Source: Acutalibacteraceae bacterium
Lineage (GTDB): Bacteria; Bacillota; Clostridia; Oscillospirales; Acutalibacteraceae
Reading direction: 5' to 3'
DNA: 64,000 bases
Assembly: GCA_045634645.1 (NCBI GenBank)
Contig: JAZRAQ010000006.1
Span: 10,365-74,364, forward strand
Under the pieces are notes generated by a model. The model ran no database searches and was not told the origin of the DNA. It worked only from the letters and a program-made list of their open reading frames with translations. The position numbers and the translations under genes were made by a program. Positions 56,356-64,000 of the stretch are shown here, piece by piece (positions within the stretch are counted from its first letter, which is position 1; each line of letters opens with the position of its first letter).

Positions 56356-57867
56356 TCAGGCTTCCTTTTTACCTTTAATTAAACGGTATGTAAACGATTC
56401 TTTGAAATCTTCAGAGTTCTTATTTAAACAATATCCCACGCACAGCCAGAAAAACAATGCCGAAAACGAAGTTTGGAACAAGAACAAATCCGAAAGGAAA
56501 AATCCTGCAATAGCAATTAGCGCTACAATCGTTGAAAAAACAATAGTTTCAAGTGTAACATTCTCACACAATGCAGTTTTTATAACAAAGCTTGCCGCCA
56601 AAAGCAAGAAGGTAAAAATAGCAATAAATCCAAACATTCCCGTTCCTACCAAAACTTCAAGGTAAGTGTTATGCACATTGTAACCCGCTTGCGCCATTGA
56701 AGTATCCGGTGCATTCTCTCTTGCAAAGGAATGTATTCCTCTGGGAGAGGTTCCAACGAACGGTGTTTTTGCAAAAATTTTTAAACCATTCTTCCAACGG
56801 TCAATTCTGCCGTTTGAAACATCGTCCTTTTTATCGGTACGGTCGAGCTTTTCAACCTCGACCTCTTCTTGCGTTTGCGAGTTTTCAATTTCTTCCATTT
56901 TTTCTTCAGTAAGAAATCCGCCGACTATTTCAACCCTGCCAAATTGATAAAGCGAATCGTACGCTTTATGGATATTAACATAATCTTTTTTAGATGTTAC
57001 TGACAATAACTCTTTTTTAACTAAAGGCATACCGCTACTAACAAAATTATCAAGCCCTATAGGTATTAACACCGATATAACCGTCGCTAAAACAAAGGTA
57101 AAGAGGCGGTATATAATCTTTATATTCAGCTTTTTCACTACAATTATAAGCGAGAACCAAACAAGTATAAAAATCATACTTACAATAGCCATTCTAGAAC
57201 CGCTTGAGCAGATATAAATAAGGTTAAAAAAGTCTATTATGATTATTAAAACCTTCAAAAACACCGATTTTGCTCTTTTGAATAACAACAACGAAGACAT
57301 TATCGCGATAAGTAAAAACATTGAAGCATAGTTAGGGTCAAAAAACAAACCCCACAGACGATTGTACAAGGTACTAAAGCCTATATCCGAGCCATCTGCA
57401 AGCAGGTATGTTACATCTAAGAAATACATTGGAATAGAGAAAAATGAAAAAAAACCCAATGTATAGAATGCTGTATTAAAACAAGAGTAAATCGTACGCT
57501 TTTTATCATCTTTAAACGCTTCAGGATAAATTAAAAATATATAAATTACGAATGCTGCGATACCCTTAACATTTGAAAACAAATCGTAATTATAATTCAA
57601 AACGGATGAAATGCCGGTTATTACAAGAAAAATAACGGGTAAAATCAAGTGCTTGGTTTTAAAGCAAAAGCGATTGTTGAAAAAGTCCACCGCAATAAAC
57701 AAGGCTGCCACAAGGTAAAAGCAAAATGTTATTATTGTGTACTCGGCAATAAATTTTAAAGGTGTTATTTCACGCAATATTAAATAAACTGTAAAAAAAC
57801 ATAAAAATACGCGTTTTAAAAGATTAAACGTATCATTAACTTTTTCATTTCTTAAAAATTCAAACAT
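56356..57867 (-). CDS. wzy: O-antigen polymerase/ligase-like (Wzy-type) membrane protein
   Basis: At least 10 TMs and a large hydrophilic loop (EEKMEEIENSQTQEEVEVEKLDRTDKKDD), typical of the Wzy_C family. Confidence 0.7.
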   Translation of the reverse strand: MFEFLRNEKVNDTFNLLKRVFLCFFTVYLILREITPLKFIAEYTIITFCFYLVAALFIAVDFFNNRFCFKTKHLILPVIFLVITGISSVLNYNYDLFSNVKGIAAFVIYIFLIYPEAFKDDKKRTIYSCFNTAFYTLGFFSFFSIPMYFLDVTYLLADGSDIGFSTLYNRLWGLFFDPNYASMFLLIAIMSSLLLFKRAKSVFLKVLIIIIDFFNLIYICSSGSRMAIVSMIFILVWFSLIIVVKKLNIKIIYRLFTFVLATVISVLIPIGLDNFVSSGMPLVKKELLSVTSKKDYVNIHKAYDSLYQFGRVEIVGGFLTEEKMEEIENSQTQEEVEVEKLDRTDKKDDVSNGRIDRWKNGLKIFAKTPFVGTSPRGIHSFARENAPDTSMAQAGYNVHNTYLEVLVGTGMFGFIAIFTFLLLAASFVIKTALCENVTLETIVFSTIVALIAIAGFFLSDLFLFQTSFSALFFWLCVGYCLNKNSEDFKESFTYRLIKGKKEA

Positions 57868-57877
57868 TTTTTCTCCC

Positions 57878-58906
57878 TTATTTTATCAAAATCTTTACCA
57901 CTGTAACCATATAGTAGCAAAGCAAAGTATTTCCGCTTTTCAAAACTTCTGTTAAAATCTTTAAAGCTAAACCTTGGGGTTTATATTTACTTAAGACATT
58001 TTTTGTAACCGAGTCGCTCAAAACTTCCTTGATTTTTTCTCTTTGTTGTTTTTGGGATAACTTTGCCGACTTTGAGCCATTGCGAATAAACACAGAAACT
58101 AAATGTTTTATAAAAATAAAATAAACATATTGCAAGTTTTCTTGCGTATCGCTTTTAGTGTGTTTTAAAAAGGTCTTTTCCATACCAAATTTTCGCTTAA
58201 CCAAATTGAAGAATTCAGGGGAATAGGCGCTCACAAGAGTTTGAGTAGCAGGTTTTCTGTAATTATAAAAGCAATTTTCAATAACCTTGATTTTTTCGGT
58301 TTTCTCAAAAAGTTGTATATTAAAAAGAAAATCCTCTATCAATTTTGTAGGTTCAAATTCTATCCCGCTACTGATTAAAAATTCACGGTTATAAGCCTTG
58401 TTGCAGGCAAACGGAAAAACTCTCGCCTTATTTAGTTCTATTAAAAGTTGTCCAACTTGCGACAACTTTTCGGTAGTTGTCGGAACAGGGATTTGACTGT
58501 CAGTTTTGTAAACCTTTCCCTGTTTATCCTCGTAAAAACGGGTCATGCCAAAAACGGTAATATCGTATCCTTCAACCTCACTGCTTAATATTTCCAAGCA
58601 ATCGGGAGTAATTGTGTCGTCCGAATCCATAAAAAGCACAAATTTACCCTCTGCCACTTTTAAGCCGTTGTTTCTGGTAATTCCAAGTCCGCTGTTTTTT
58701 TGATTATGTAAAACCTTTACACGCTTGTCCTTTATAGCAAAGTCTTCACACATTTTTGGACAATTATCAGGCGAACAATCATCAACTAATATGAGTTCAA
58801 AGTCATCATAACTTTGATTTAAAACACTATTTGCCGCTTCATCAAGGTATTTTTCAACCTTATAAACCGGCATAATTATACTAAAATAAGGTGATTTTTG
58901 TTTCAC
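57878..58906 (-). CDS. Family 2 glycosyltransferase
   Basis: FSIIMPVYK...VDDCSPD...MDSDD. GTG at 58906 lies 6 nt after GAGGAGG; the track start at 58921 sits inside the RBS. Confidence 0.85.
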   Translation of the reverse strand: MKQKSPYFSIIMPVYKVEKYLDEAANSVLNQSYDDFELILVDDCSPDNCPKMCEDFAIKDKRVKVLHNQKNSGLGITRNNGLKVAEGKFVLFMDSDDTITPDCLEILSSEVEGYDITVFGMTRFYEDKQGKVYKTDSQIPVPTTTEKLSQVGQLLIELNKARVFPFACNKAYNREFLISSGIEFEPTKLIEDFLFNIQLFEKTEKIKVIENCFYNYRKPATQTLVSAYSPEFFNLVKRKFGMEKTFLKHTKSDTQENLQYVYFIFIKHLVSVFIRNGSKSAKLSQKQQREKIKEVLSDSVTKNVLSKYKPQGLALKILTEVLKSGNTLLCYYMVTVVKILIK

Positions 58907-58935
58907 GCAAATCCTCCTCACAATTATTCTATTAT

Positions 58936-58964
58936 ATTATATCAAAAATATAAATTCTTTTCAA
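58936..58964 (-). promoter_or_regulatory. Consensus promoter of the polysaccharide operon
   Basis: Minus strand TTGAAA (58964-58959), 17-nt spacer ending in TG-n, TATAAT (58941-58936). Confidence 0.6.
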
Positions 58965-58979
58965 CCCCATTTAAAAGCA

Positions 58980-59015
58980 AAAAACCTTAAGTTTTAAGCA
59001 AACTTAAGGTTTTTG
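58980..59015 (-). terminator. Terminator after the 111-aa membrane protein gene
   Basis: AAAACCTTAAGTT ... ACTTAAGGTTTT stem with a T-run on the minus strand. Confidence 0.75.
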
Positions 59016-59017
59016 AA

Positions 59018-59353
59018 TTACAATATATAATTTATGCCTAACAATATGTAAAGTGGGCCAAAGCAGTAAACCATAAACATCTCTGTATGAGGAACTCTGG
59101 TCTGGAAACAGTCAGTAACTGCAAGGCATTCAAACAAATACGCTCCCGCGCCGCAAAAATATGCTATCGCTTTTAAAATATCTAAATGCGAGAATATGGA
59201 AATCAAAAATAAAATCACAGCTAAAGCAACGAATAAATTTCGCAAAATGAGCAATATATAATCGATTTTAGGATGTAGCCCATGAGTAAATTCCTCCTTA
59301 TCAGGAATCGTGGCATCAACCGCATGCTTTATTTCTTCGATTAGATGTGACAT
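59018..59353 (-). CDS. Hypothetical small membrane protein (3 predicted TMs)
   Basis: 111 aa with hydrophobic segments. RBS AAAGGAAG. No family recognised. Confidence 0.5.
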   Translation of the reverse strand: MSHLIEEIKHAVDATIPDKEEFTHGLHPKIDYILLILRNLFVALAVILFLISIFSHLDILKAIAYFCGAGAYLFECLAVTDCFQTRVPHTEMFMVYCFGPLYILLGINYIL

Positions 59354-59367
59354 ATATCAAACTTCCT

Positions 59368-60666
59368 TTATTCATCCGTTTTTTCTTTTACCCGTGCGAG
59401 TTTAGTTTCTCTTCTATTTTGAACTTCTTCAGATTTAGGTTTAATTTCACCAGCGGCGGTAAGTGCCATACGGGTTAGCAAAGGACCTACAAGCTCATAA
59501 ACCAAAACTGCAAAAAGAGTGATGTTACGAATTAATCCGCCCTCGCTTCCCAACTGCATAGCAGTAGCGCACATACCGAGCGCAACGCCTGCCTGAGGGA
59601 AGAGGGTAATACCCAAATATTTGCAAATGTTACTATCACAAGCGGTGACTTTTGCACTTATGAAAGCACCAATATATTTACCGAAGCATCGCGTAATTAT
59701 ATAAATCACGCCAATGATAACTATGGAACCGCTTGTAAAGACACTTAATTCTAATTCGGCACCGCTTATTACAAAGAAAAGCGCAAATAGCGGAGAAGTC
59801 CATTTGTCCGAGGCAGCCATAAGGTCGTGCGACAGCGGGCATATATTACAAAATACCGTGCCTAACATCATGCAAGTCAAAAGTGATGAGAACTGAATAT
59901 GAACACCGCTGATTTCAAATTTGAGCATAGAGAGAGACGCGGTTAAAAATACTGCGCCTATAGTTAAATTCAAGCGATTGGTATTTGAATTGAAAAGTTT
60001 TTCAAGTTGTGTTAAAATCCATCCCATAACCGCGCCCAATAAAAGTGAACATACAATTTCAATTATTGGATTTACAATAATAGAAATAATATCTATGCTG
60101 CCCGAAACCAATGTTTTAGCCATTCCAAATGATACTGCAAAAACAACCAATCCTACCGCATCATCCAAGGCAACAATAGGAAGCAACAGCTTGGTCAAAG
60201 GTCCTTTTGCTTTATATTGTCTAACTACCATAAGTGTTGCCGCAGGAGCTGTTGCAGTTGCAATAGCCCCCAATGTTATTACTTGCGAAAGGGTAAATTT
60301 TTCAGGTATTGCCAAATGCACTCCATATAAAGCAAAATCAACACAAAGAGTTGCGAAAATAGCTTGAACAACGCCTATTACAAGAGCCTGCTTACCTGTT
60401 TTTTTAAGGTCGGAAACTCTGAATTCATTTCCGATTGAAAAGGCGATAAAGCCTAATGCAACCTCTGAAACGAGAGAAAGTTTTGCCACAGCATCTGCAG
60501 AATTAAAACCGAAACCATCGAAACCAATTTTACCCATTAAATATGGCCCTACGAGTACACCCGCAATTAGATATGCCGTGACTGACGGTAATTTTAAAGG
60601 TTTAAAAAGTCTTGTCATTAAAAGTCCCGCCAGCAACGCTACCGAAACAGAAAGTAGTGTATTCAT
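59368..60666 (-). CDS. Cation:proton antiporter (CPA2/Kef-type Na+/H+ exchanger family)
   Basis: About 12 TMs, 432 aa, typical Na_H_Exchanger pattern (LPSVTAYLIAGVLVGP). RBS AGGGGGA. Confidence 0.8.
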   Translation of the reverse strand: MNTLLSVSVALLAGLLMTRLFKPLKLPSVTAYLIAGVLVGPYLMGKIGFDGFGFNSADAVAKLSLVSEVALGFIAFSIGNEFRVSDLKKTGKQALVIGVVQAIFATLCVDFALYGVHLAIPEKFTLSQVITLGAIATATAPAATLMVVRQYKAKGPLTKLLLPIVALDDAVGLVVFAVSFGMAKTLVSGSIDIISIIVNPIIEIVCSLLLGAVMGWILTQLEKLFNSNTNRLNLTIGAVFLTASLSMLKFEISGVHIQFSSLLTCMMLGTVFCNICPLSHDLMAASDKWTSPLFALFFVISGAELELSVFTSGSIVIIGVIYIITRCFGKYIGAFISAKVTACDSNICKYLGITLFPQAGVALGMCATAMQLGSEGGLIRNITLFAVLVYELVGPLLTRMALTAAGEIKPKSEEVQNRRETKLARVKEKTDE

Positions 60667-60697
60667 AAAAAATTCCCCCTAATAATAAACCTCATAG

Positions 60698-60726
60698 ATT
60701 ATATCACCCCACACAAGCTTTGTCAA
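60698..60726 (-). promoter_or_regulatory. Consensus extended -10 promoter for the antiporter gene
   Basis: Minus strand TTGACA (60726-60721), 17-nt spacer ending in TG-n, TATAAT (60703-60698). Confidence 0.65.
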
Positions 60727-60741
60727 TCGCAATCAATTGCA

Positions 60742-60770
60742 AAAAACCGCCTTGTTAGGCGGCTTTTTGT
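60742..60770 (-). terminator. Terminator after the LuxR-type regulator gene
   Basis: AAAGCCGCC-TAACAA-GGCGGTTTTTT on the minus strand. Confidence 0.75.
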
Positions 60771-60771
60771 C

Positions 60772-61923
60772 TTATTTATTATTTTTATTTTCTTCCTTAA
60801 GATATTTTTCTATGTAATCTACAGAAATTAACGGTTTTAATTGTTCTATAAATACTTTTGTTGAAGAAACTTCAAAAAGATTACGCAATTTTTTCAAATG
60901 ATAATTAAGCGCATCTAAAGAAATAAACATTTTCTCGCATATCTCGTTATTGCTATAACCTCGCAAAATAAGCATTAAAACTGTAAAGTTTTTAGGCGAA
61001 AGCTGATTGAAAGCACAGTCGATTTTACTATAATAAGCAACATCACTGCTTATTATGTAATTTTTTGATGAAGTTATGTCAAACAAAAGTTTAGAATCGT
61101 TTTGTGTAGTCATTTTTGAATTTGAAAAAGAAAGACCATTAGTTGTTTCGCGTTCGTGAATATGATAAGGCAAATATAAAACAGTTGCCGAATAATTACA
61201 ATTTTCATTATTTTTAATCATTCTGTAAATATCAATTACCGCATCGCCAATTTTATTAAAATCAATTGAAAGCGAAGTGATGGGTACATTACATATCTGA
61301 GACAAAATGGTGTTTGAAAAGCTTACAATTGAAAGATTGCTTAAATATTCAGGATTATATTTACGCAGATGCTCAATTAACATAAGCGCCACATAATCGT
61401 TGGCACATATCACAGCATCGTAATAGTCTTGTGCCAAAAACTCTTTTAAGCAATCGTTTGTTGATTGAGTATTAAAAAAAATAGCATTGTTAGTTGAAGA
61501 AAAAGAATTAAAAGTGTCGGTCAAAAAGACATCTTCACATGAAAAAGGGCTTGCGCCAAATAGTGCTACGCGATTTTTTTTCGCCTTTTTAAACGTGCAC
61601 ATTATACGATTCAATGCATCGTATACATCGCCGCAAATAGAGTGATATCTAAAAGGTTCAGCCACATTTAAAAAACCGTTTGGTAAAATAACCTGTATAC
61701 CTTCCTTATTACATTTATCAACAACCCGTAAAACATTTGGCGTAGGGTGATTTGGTATCAAAACAACGCCGTTATTGTTTTTACATTCTTCAATTGTCTG
61801 GTCAATATCTTGGGATTCAATAAAATCTATATGTCGCGAAATAAGAACATGCTTAATTGCACGCGAGTAACGGTATGTCCATTGATCTTTTATTTTGGAA
61901 ATATTATTGATAAAGTATAAAAT
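60772..61923 (-). CDS. Hybrid regulator: LacI-type periplasmic-binding-fold sensor domain plus a C-terminal LuxR/FixJ-type HTH; probable non-canonical ATT start
   Basis: C-terminal LSPKNFTVLMLILRGYSNNEICEKMFISLDALNYHLKKL is a LuxR HTH. The frame stays open 54 codons upstream of the track TTG start (61761). That stretch encodes a sensible beta1-alpha1-beta2 start of the binding fold (KILYFINNISKIKDQWTYRYSRAIKHVLISRHIDFIES). GGGAGG (61937-61932) lies 8 nt before ATT at 61923. Confidence 0.6.
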   Translation of the reverse strand: MLYFINNISKIKDQWTYRYSRAIKHVLISRHIDFIESQDIDQTIEECKNNNGVVLIPNHPTPNVLRVVDKCNKEGIQVILPNGFLNVAEPFRYHSICGDVYDALNRIMCTFKKAKKNRVALFGASPFSCEDVFLTDTFNSFSSTNNAIFFNTQSTNDCLKEFLAQDYYDAVICANDYVALMLIEHLRKYNPEYLSNLSIVSFSNTILSQICNVPITSLSIDFNKIGDAVIDIYRMIKNNENCNYSATVLYLPYHIHERETTNGLSFSNSKMTTQNDSKLLFDITSSKNYIISSDVAYYSKIDCAFNQLSPKNFTVLMLILRGYSNNEICEKMFISLDALNYHLKKLRNLFEVSSTKVFIEQLKPLISVDYIEKYLKEENKNNK

Positions 61924-62074
61924 TTTAATTACCTCCCGTGCAAAAATTAAAAATCAATTAATACAATTTTAGCACCTGATACGCTGCAAATGCATTTGTC
62001 AAAAACGGCAAAGTTAGTACAGACATACCAAGTGCTAAAAATCATTTATTGTTTTTTATTATTTGTTGTAAATA

Positions 62075-64000
62075 TTAGTTTTGGCTAGTTTTCTTTTTAA
62101 TAACTACTAATGCTGCCAAAGCAAATACTGCAACAGCCATAACGATAGCTACAGCTACGGGTGCGCTTGAATCTCCTGTCTTAACAACAGTATCAGATTC
62201 AGCTGAACCGCCGTTCCAATCGAATTCCCAATCACCATTAGAATTGTCAAATGAATCATCTGAATCGTCCCCAGAATTGCCTATATCGGAATTATTGACA
62301 ATCTTGAGATTTGAAACATCAAGTCCAATAAGATAACTTGCAAATTGGAAATAAGCCTTTCCTGAATCCGCTAATTTATCAAGATTTGTATGAACACAAG
62401 GGTCATCATTTTCGGTAAGACTGATAACCTCTTCACCGTTAATTACTAACCACCAGTCATTGTTAACCTTTTTGAAACCTAAAGTATTTACTTGACCTAC
62501 TTTTAATGCGGGTATCGGCAACGTTCCTTTAGCATTACCATTCATACTATCGAACACCATATTCATACTGCCTGCAACTTGAATTGTGTTATAAGTAACA
62601 CCGTCTTTTTTATTATTAATTTCAGATTCTCCGTTGATTAACATAGAAAGAGGAGAATCTGTATTTACAAGAGCAAAGTTGAAAGGACGGCAGGTACTGC
62701 CAGCTTCGTTGTTCACTTTGAATTGAAGTGACTGAGTTTTAATATCAATAGGAGTTGTCAACACAGCAACACTTCTGTTAGCAAGAGATACTGAACCGGT
62801 ATACTTCAAGGAGTAACCTGTAGCAGCGTCACCACCCATTTTCCATGAGCCCTTGTCATCTACAGTGAATGCATCATCTGCTGCTGGTCCGCTTGTTGAA
62901 CCGCCGCTTGAGCCGCTAGCAGATTTTTCTACAACCTTAAGATTATTAATATTGTAAGATACAGGGTACTTTGTTGCATCAGGAGACCATGCAGTAAATG
63001 ACAAATAAGCTTTTCCGGATTCAGCTAATTTAGCGATACGAGCAGTAGCTTTGGGGTCTACAAGAGACATATTAACGACATTCTTGCCGTCAACAGAAAG
63101 CCACCATTCATCATCTACTTTATTAAAGCCAAATCTGTGTTTGGTTTCTTTTGTTAATGCCAAATCTTTACCAGTTGTTGGATTTTTATACATTACTGCA
63201 GACATAGAACTTTCCGTTCTCCATAGATAGAATACATCCCACTGATGATGCAAGTGTAAGTCATAGATGCTTCTCTCATCTAATATTTGAGTTGTTAAGA
63301 ATGCATCGGTACCTCTTGTGGTATCACCTTGCAACCTGAACACAAGACGAGTTTGATTACAGTAGTTAGAAGAAAATTCAATTTCTTGGGTATTAATATT
63401 AATCGGAGTTTTTAATAACGCAGAAGAATATTTAGTAATACCTTCAAGCTTGTAACCGCTATCAGCATCGCCGCTTACAGTTATTTCATCACTCTTATCC
63501 CATAATGATTCAGGAGTAGGAGCCTCTGAGCTTGTGTTGTCTGAACTTGTGTTGTCTGAACTTGTGTTGTCTGAACTTGTGTTATCTGAACTTGTGTTGT
63601 CTGAACTTGTGTTGTCTGAACTTGTGTTGTCTGAACTTGTGTTGTCAGAACTTGTGTTGTCAGAACTTGTGTTATCAGAACTTGTGTTGTCTGAACTGGG
63701 TTCGTCGATAACTTTAATTCCGCTGAAAGTACAAGCTTTGCCTGTACCTGCAACGCCAAGGTTCAAATAAGCTACGCCTGCATCGTATAATGCTTCAATA
63801 GCAGCAGCAGTATTAGGAACTTTTGTGGTTAAATCAACCTTGTTTACGCCATCAATAGTTAACCAGAAGTTATTTCCAACCTTAGCGATACCAAATGTAT
63901 GAACATCAGCTTTTGTGAAAGTAGTTAACCAAGTTGTAGCAACTGTGCCGTTATAAGCATCTAAACGCCAAGTATCACTGTTGCTACTTAATAAGAATGC
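62075..64000 (-). CDS. Large cell-surface protein with at least 3 copies of a roughly 200-aa beta-sandwich-like domain, low-complexity linkers and a C-terminal sorting-signal-like anchor; 5' end outside the window
   Basis: The frame is open from 63766 to the window edge; the track start is an internal TTG. Repeated motif FG(F/I)xKVxxxxWLx(V/I)(D/N)Gxxv ... GKAY(L/F). C-terminus is VVKTGDSS plus a hydrophobic helix plus KKKTSQN. Confidence 0.7.
   Translation of the reverse strand, partial: AFLLSSNSDTWRLDAYNGTVATTWLTTFTKADVHTFGIAKVGNNFWLTIDGVNKVDLTTKVPNTAAAIEALYDAGVAYLNLGVAGTGKACTFSGIKVIDEPSSDNTSSDNTSSDNTSSDNTSSDNTSSDNTSSDNTSSDNTSSDNTSSDNTSSDNTSSEAPTPESLWDKSDEITVSGDADSGYKLEGITKYSSALLKTPININTQEIEFSSNYCNQTRLVFRLQGDTTRGTDAFLTTQILDERSIYDLHLHHQWDVFYLWRTESSMSAVMYKNPTTGKDLALTKETKHRFGFNKVDDEWWLSVDGKNVVNMSLVDPKATARIAKLAESGKAYLSFTAWSPDATKYPVSYNINNLKVVEKSASGSSGGSTSGPAADDAFTVDDKGSWKMGGDAATGYSLKYTGSVSLANRSVAVLTTPIDIKTQSLQFKVNNEAGSTCRPFNFALVNTDSPLSMLINGESEINNKKDGVTYNTIQVAGSMNMVFDSMNGNAKGTLPIPALKVGQVNTLGFKKVNNDWWLVINGEEVISLTENDDPCVHTNLDKLADSGKAYFQFASYLIGLDVSNLKIVNNSDIGNSGDDSDDSFDNSNGDWEFDWNGGSAESDTVVKTGDSSAPVAVAIVMAVAVFALAALVVIKKKTSQN
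63533..63697 (-). repeat. 15-nt in-frame tandem repeat, 11 copies, encoding (SSDNT)11
   Basis: GAACTTGTGTTGTCT-type units on the plus strand, with a few synonymous variants (GTTATC, TCAGAA). Confidence 0.95.

Noticed and set aside
59921-60367. 148-aa plus-strand ORF
   Set aside because: It is antisense to the cation:proton antiporter gene. It is a shadow ORF.
63527-63700. Possible CRISPR array
   Set aside because: The repeats are 15 nt, directly abutting with no spacers, and in-frame inside a CDS.
63481-63770. ORFs encoding (LSELV)n on the plus strand and (TTQVQ)n in another minus-strand frame
   Set aside because: They are alternative-frame readings of the same 15-nt tandem repeat. Only the SSDNT frame is continuous with the flanking domain-coding sequence.
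1-64000. Mobile elements, prophage, defence systems, tRNA/rRNA
   Set aside because: Reading all ORFs of 60 aa or more and the intergenic regions showed no transposase, integrase, recombinase, phage structural, restriction-modification, Cas or toxin-antitoxin signatures. No cloverleaf-like tRNA sequences were seen either. Absence cannot be proven without searches.

Overview
This 64-kb window comes from a low-GC Firmicute that looks Clostridia-like. Supporting synteny: SRP RNA-dnaX-ybaB-recR, tepA-ftsK-comEC-like, M16-M16-lgt-folD. No rRNA, tRNA, CRISPR array, transposase or integrase was seen. About 60 CDS are supported, and most are housekeeping: DegV, an acyltransferase, ComM, RecR, DnaX, GalU, Tex, FolD, Lgt, Cls, GlgP, a GH13 amylase, FtsK and Fba.

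The stand-out is a 14.8-kb block of 21 co-oriented minus-strand genes (about 12.5-27.3 kb) encoding a complete glycyl-radical-enzyme bacterial microcompartment (BMC).
- Signature enzymes: a diol-dehydratase-type glycyl radical enzyme (GRE) and its radical-SAM activase.
- Shell and accessory: PduU, PduV, PduN, PduS, PduT and five BMC-H-type shell genes.
- Cargo and pathway: a class II fuculose/rhamnulose-phosphate aldolase, a DUF336 protein, a Zn-dependent ADH, a CoA-acylating aldehyde dehydrogenase, PduL and an acetate/propionate kinase.
- Regulation: an embedded DeoR regulator and a flanking AraC regulator.

The locus matches the known GRM5 (fucose/rhamnose to 1,2-propanediol) class. Several details deserve follow-up:
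- encapsulation-peptide-like helices on five cargo proteins;
- a Cys/His-rich linker in the aldolase;
- a tandem shell-gene duplicate with a 5' identity tract and a possible dual start;
- a GC-rich intra-operon hairpin before pduN;
- two consensus promoters.

The right-hand 11 kb looks more AT-rich by eye and appears accessory. It carries a Wzx/Wzy polysaccharide cluster. It also carries a LuxR-HTH/periplasmic-binding-fold regulator with no canonical start codon. The last gene is a large repeat-domain surface protein with an (SSDNT)x11 tandem repeat encoded by 15-nt units and a KTG-type sorting signal.

All calls rest on reading the sequence and translations and on remembered family motifs. 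No database search was run.
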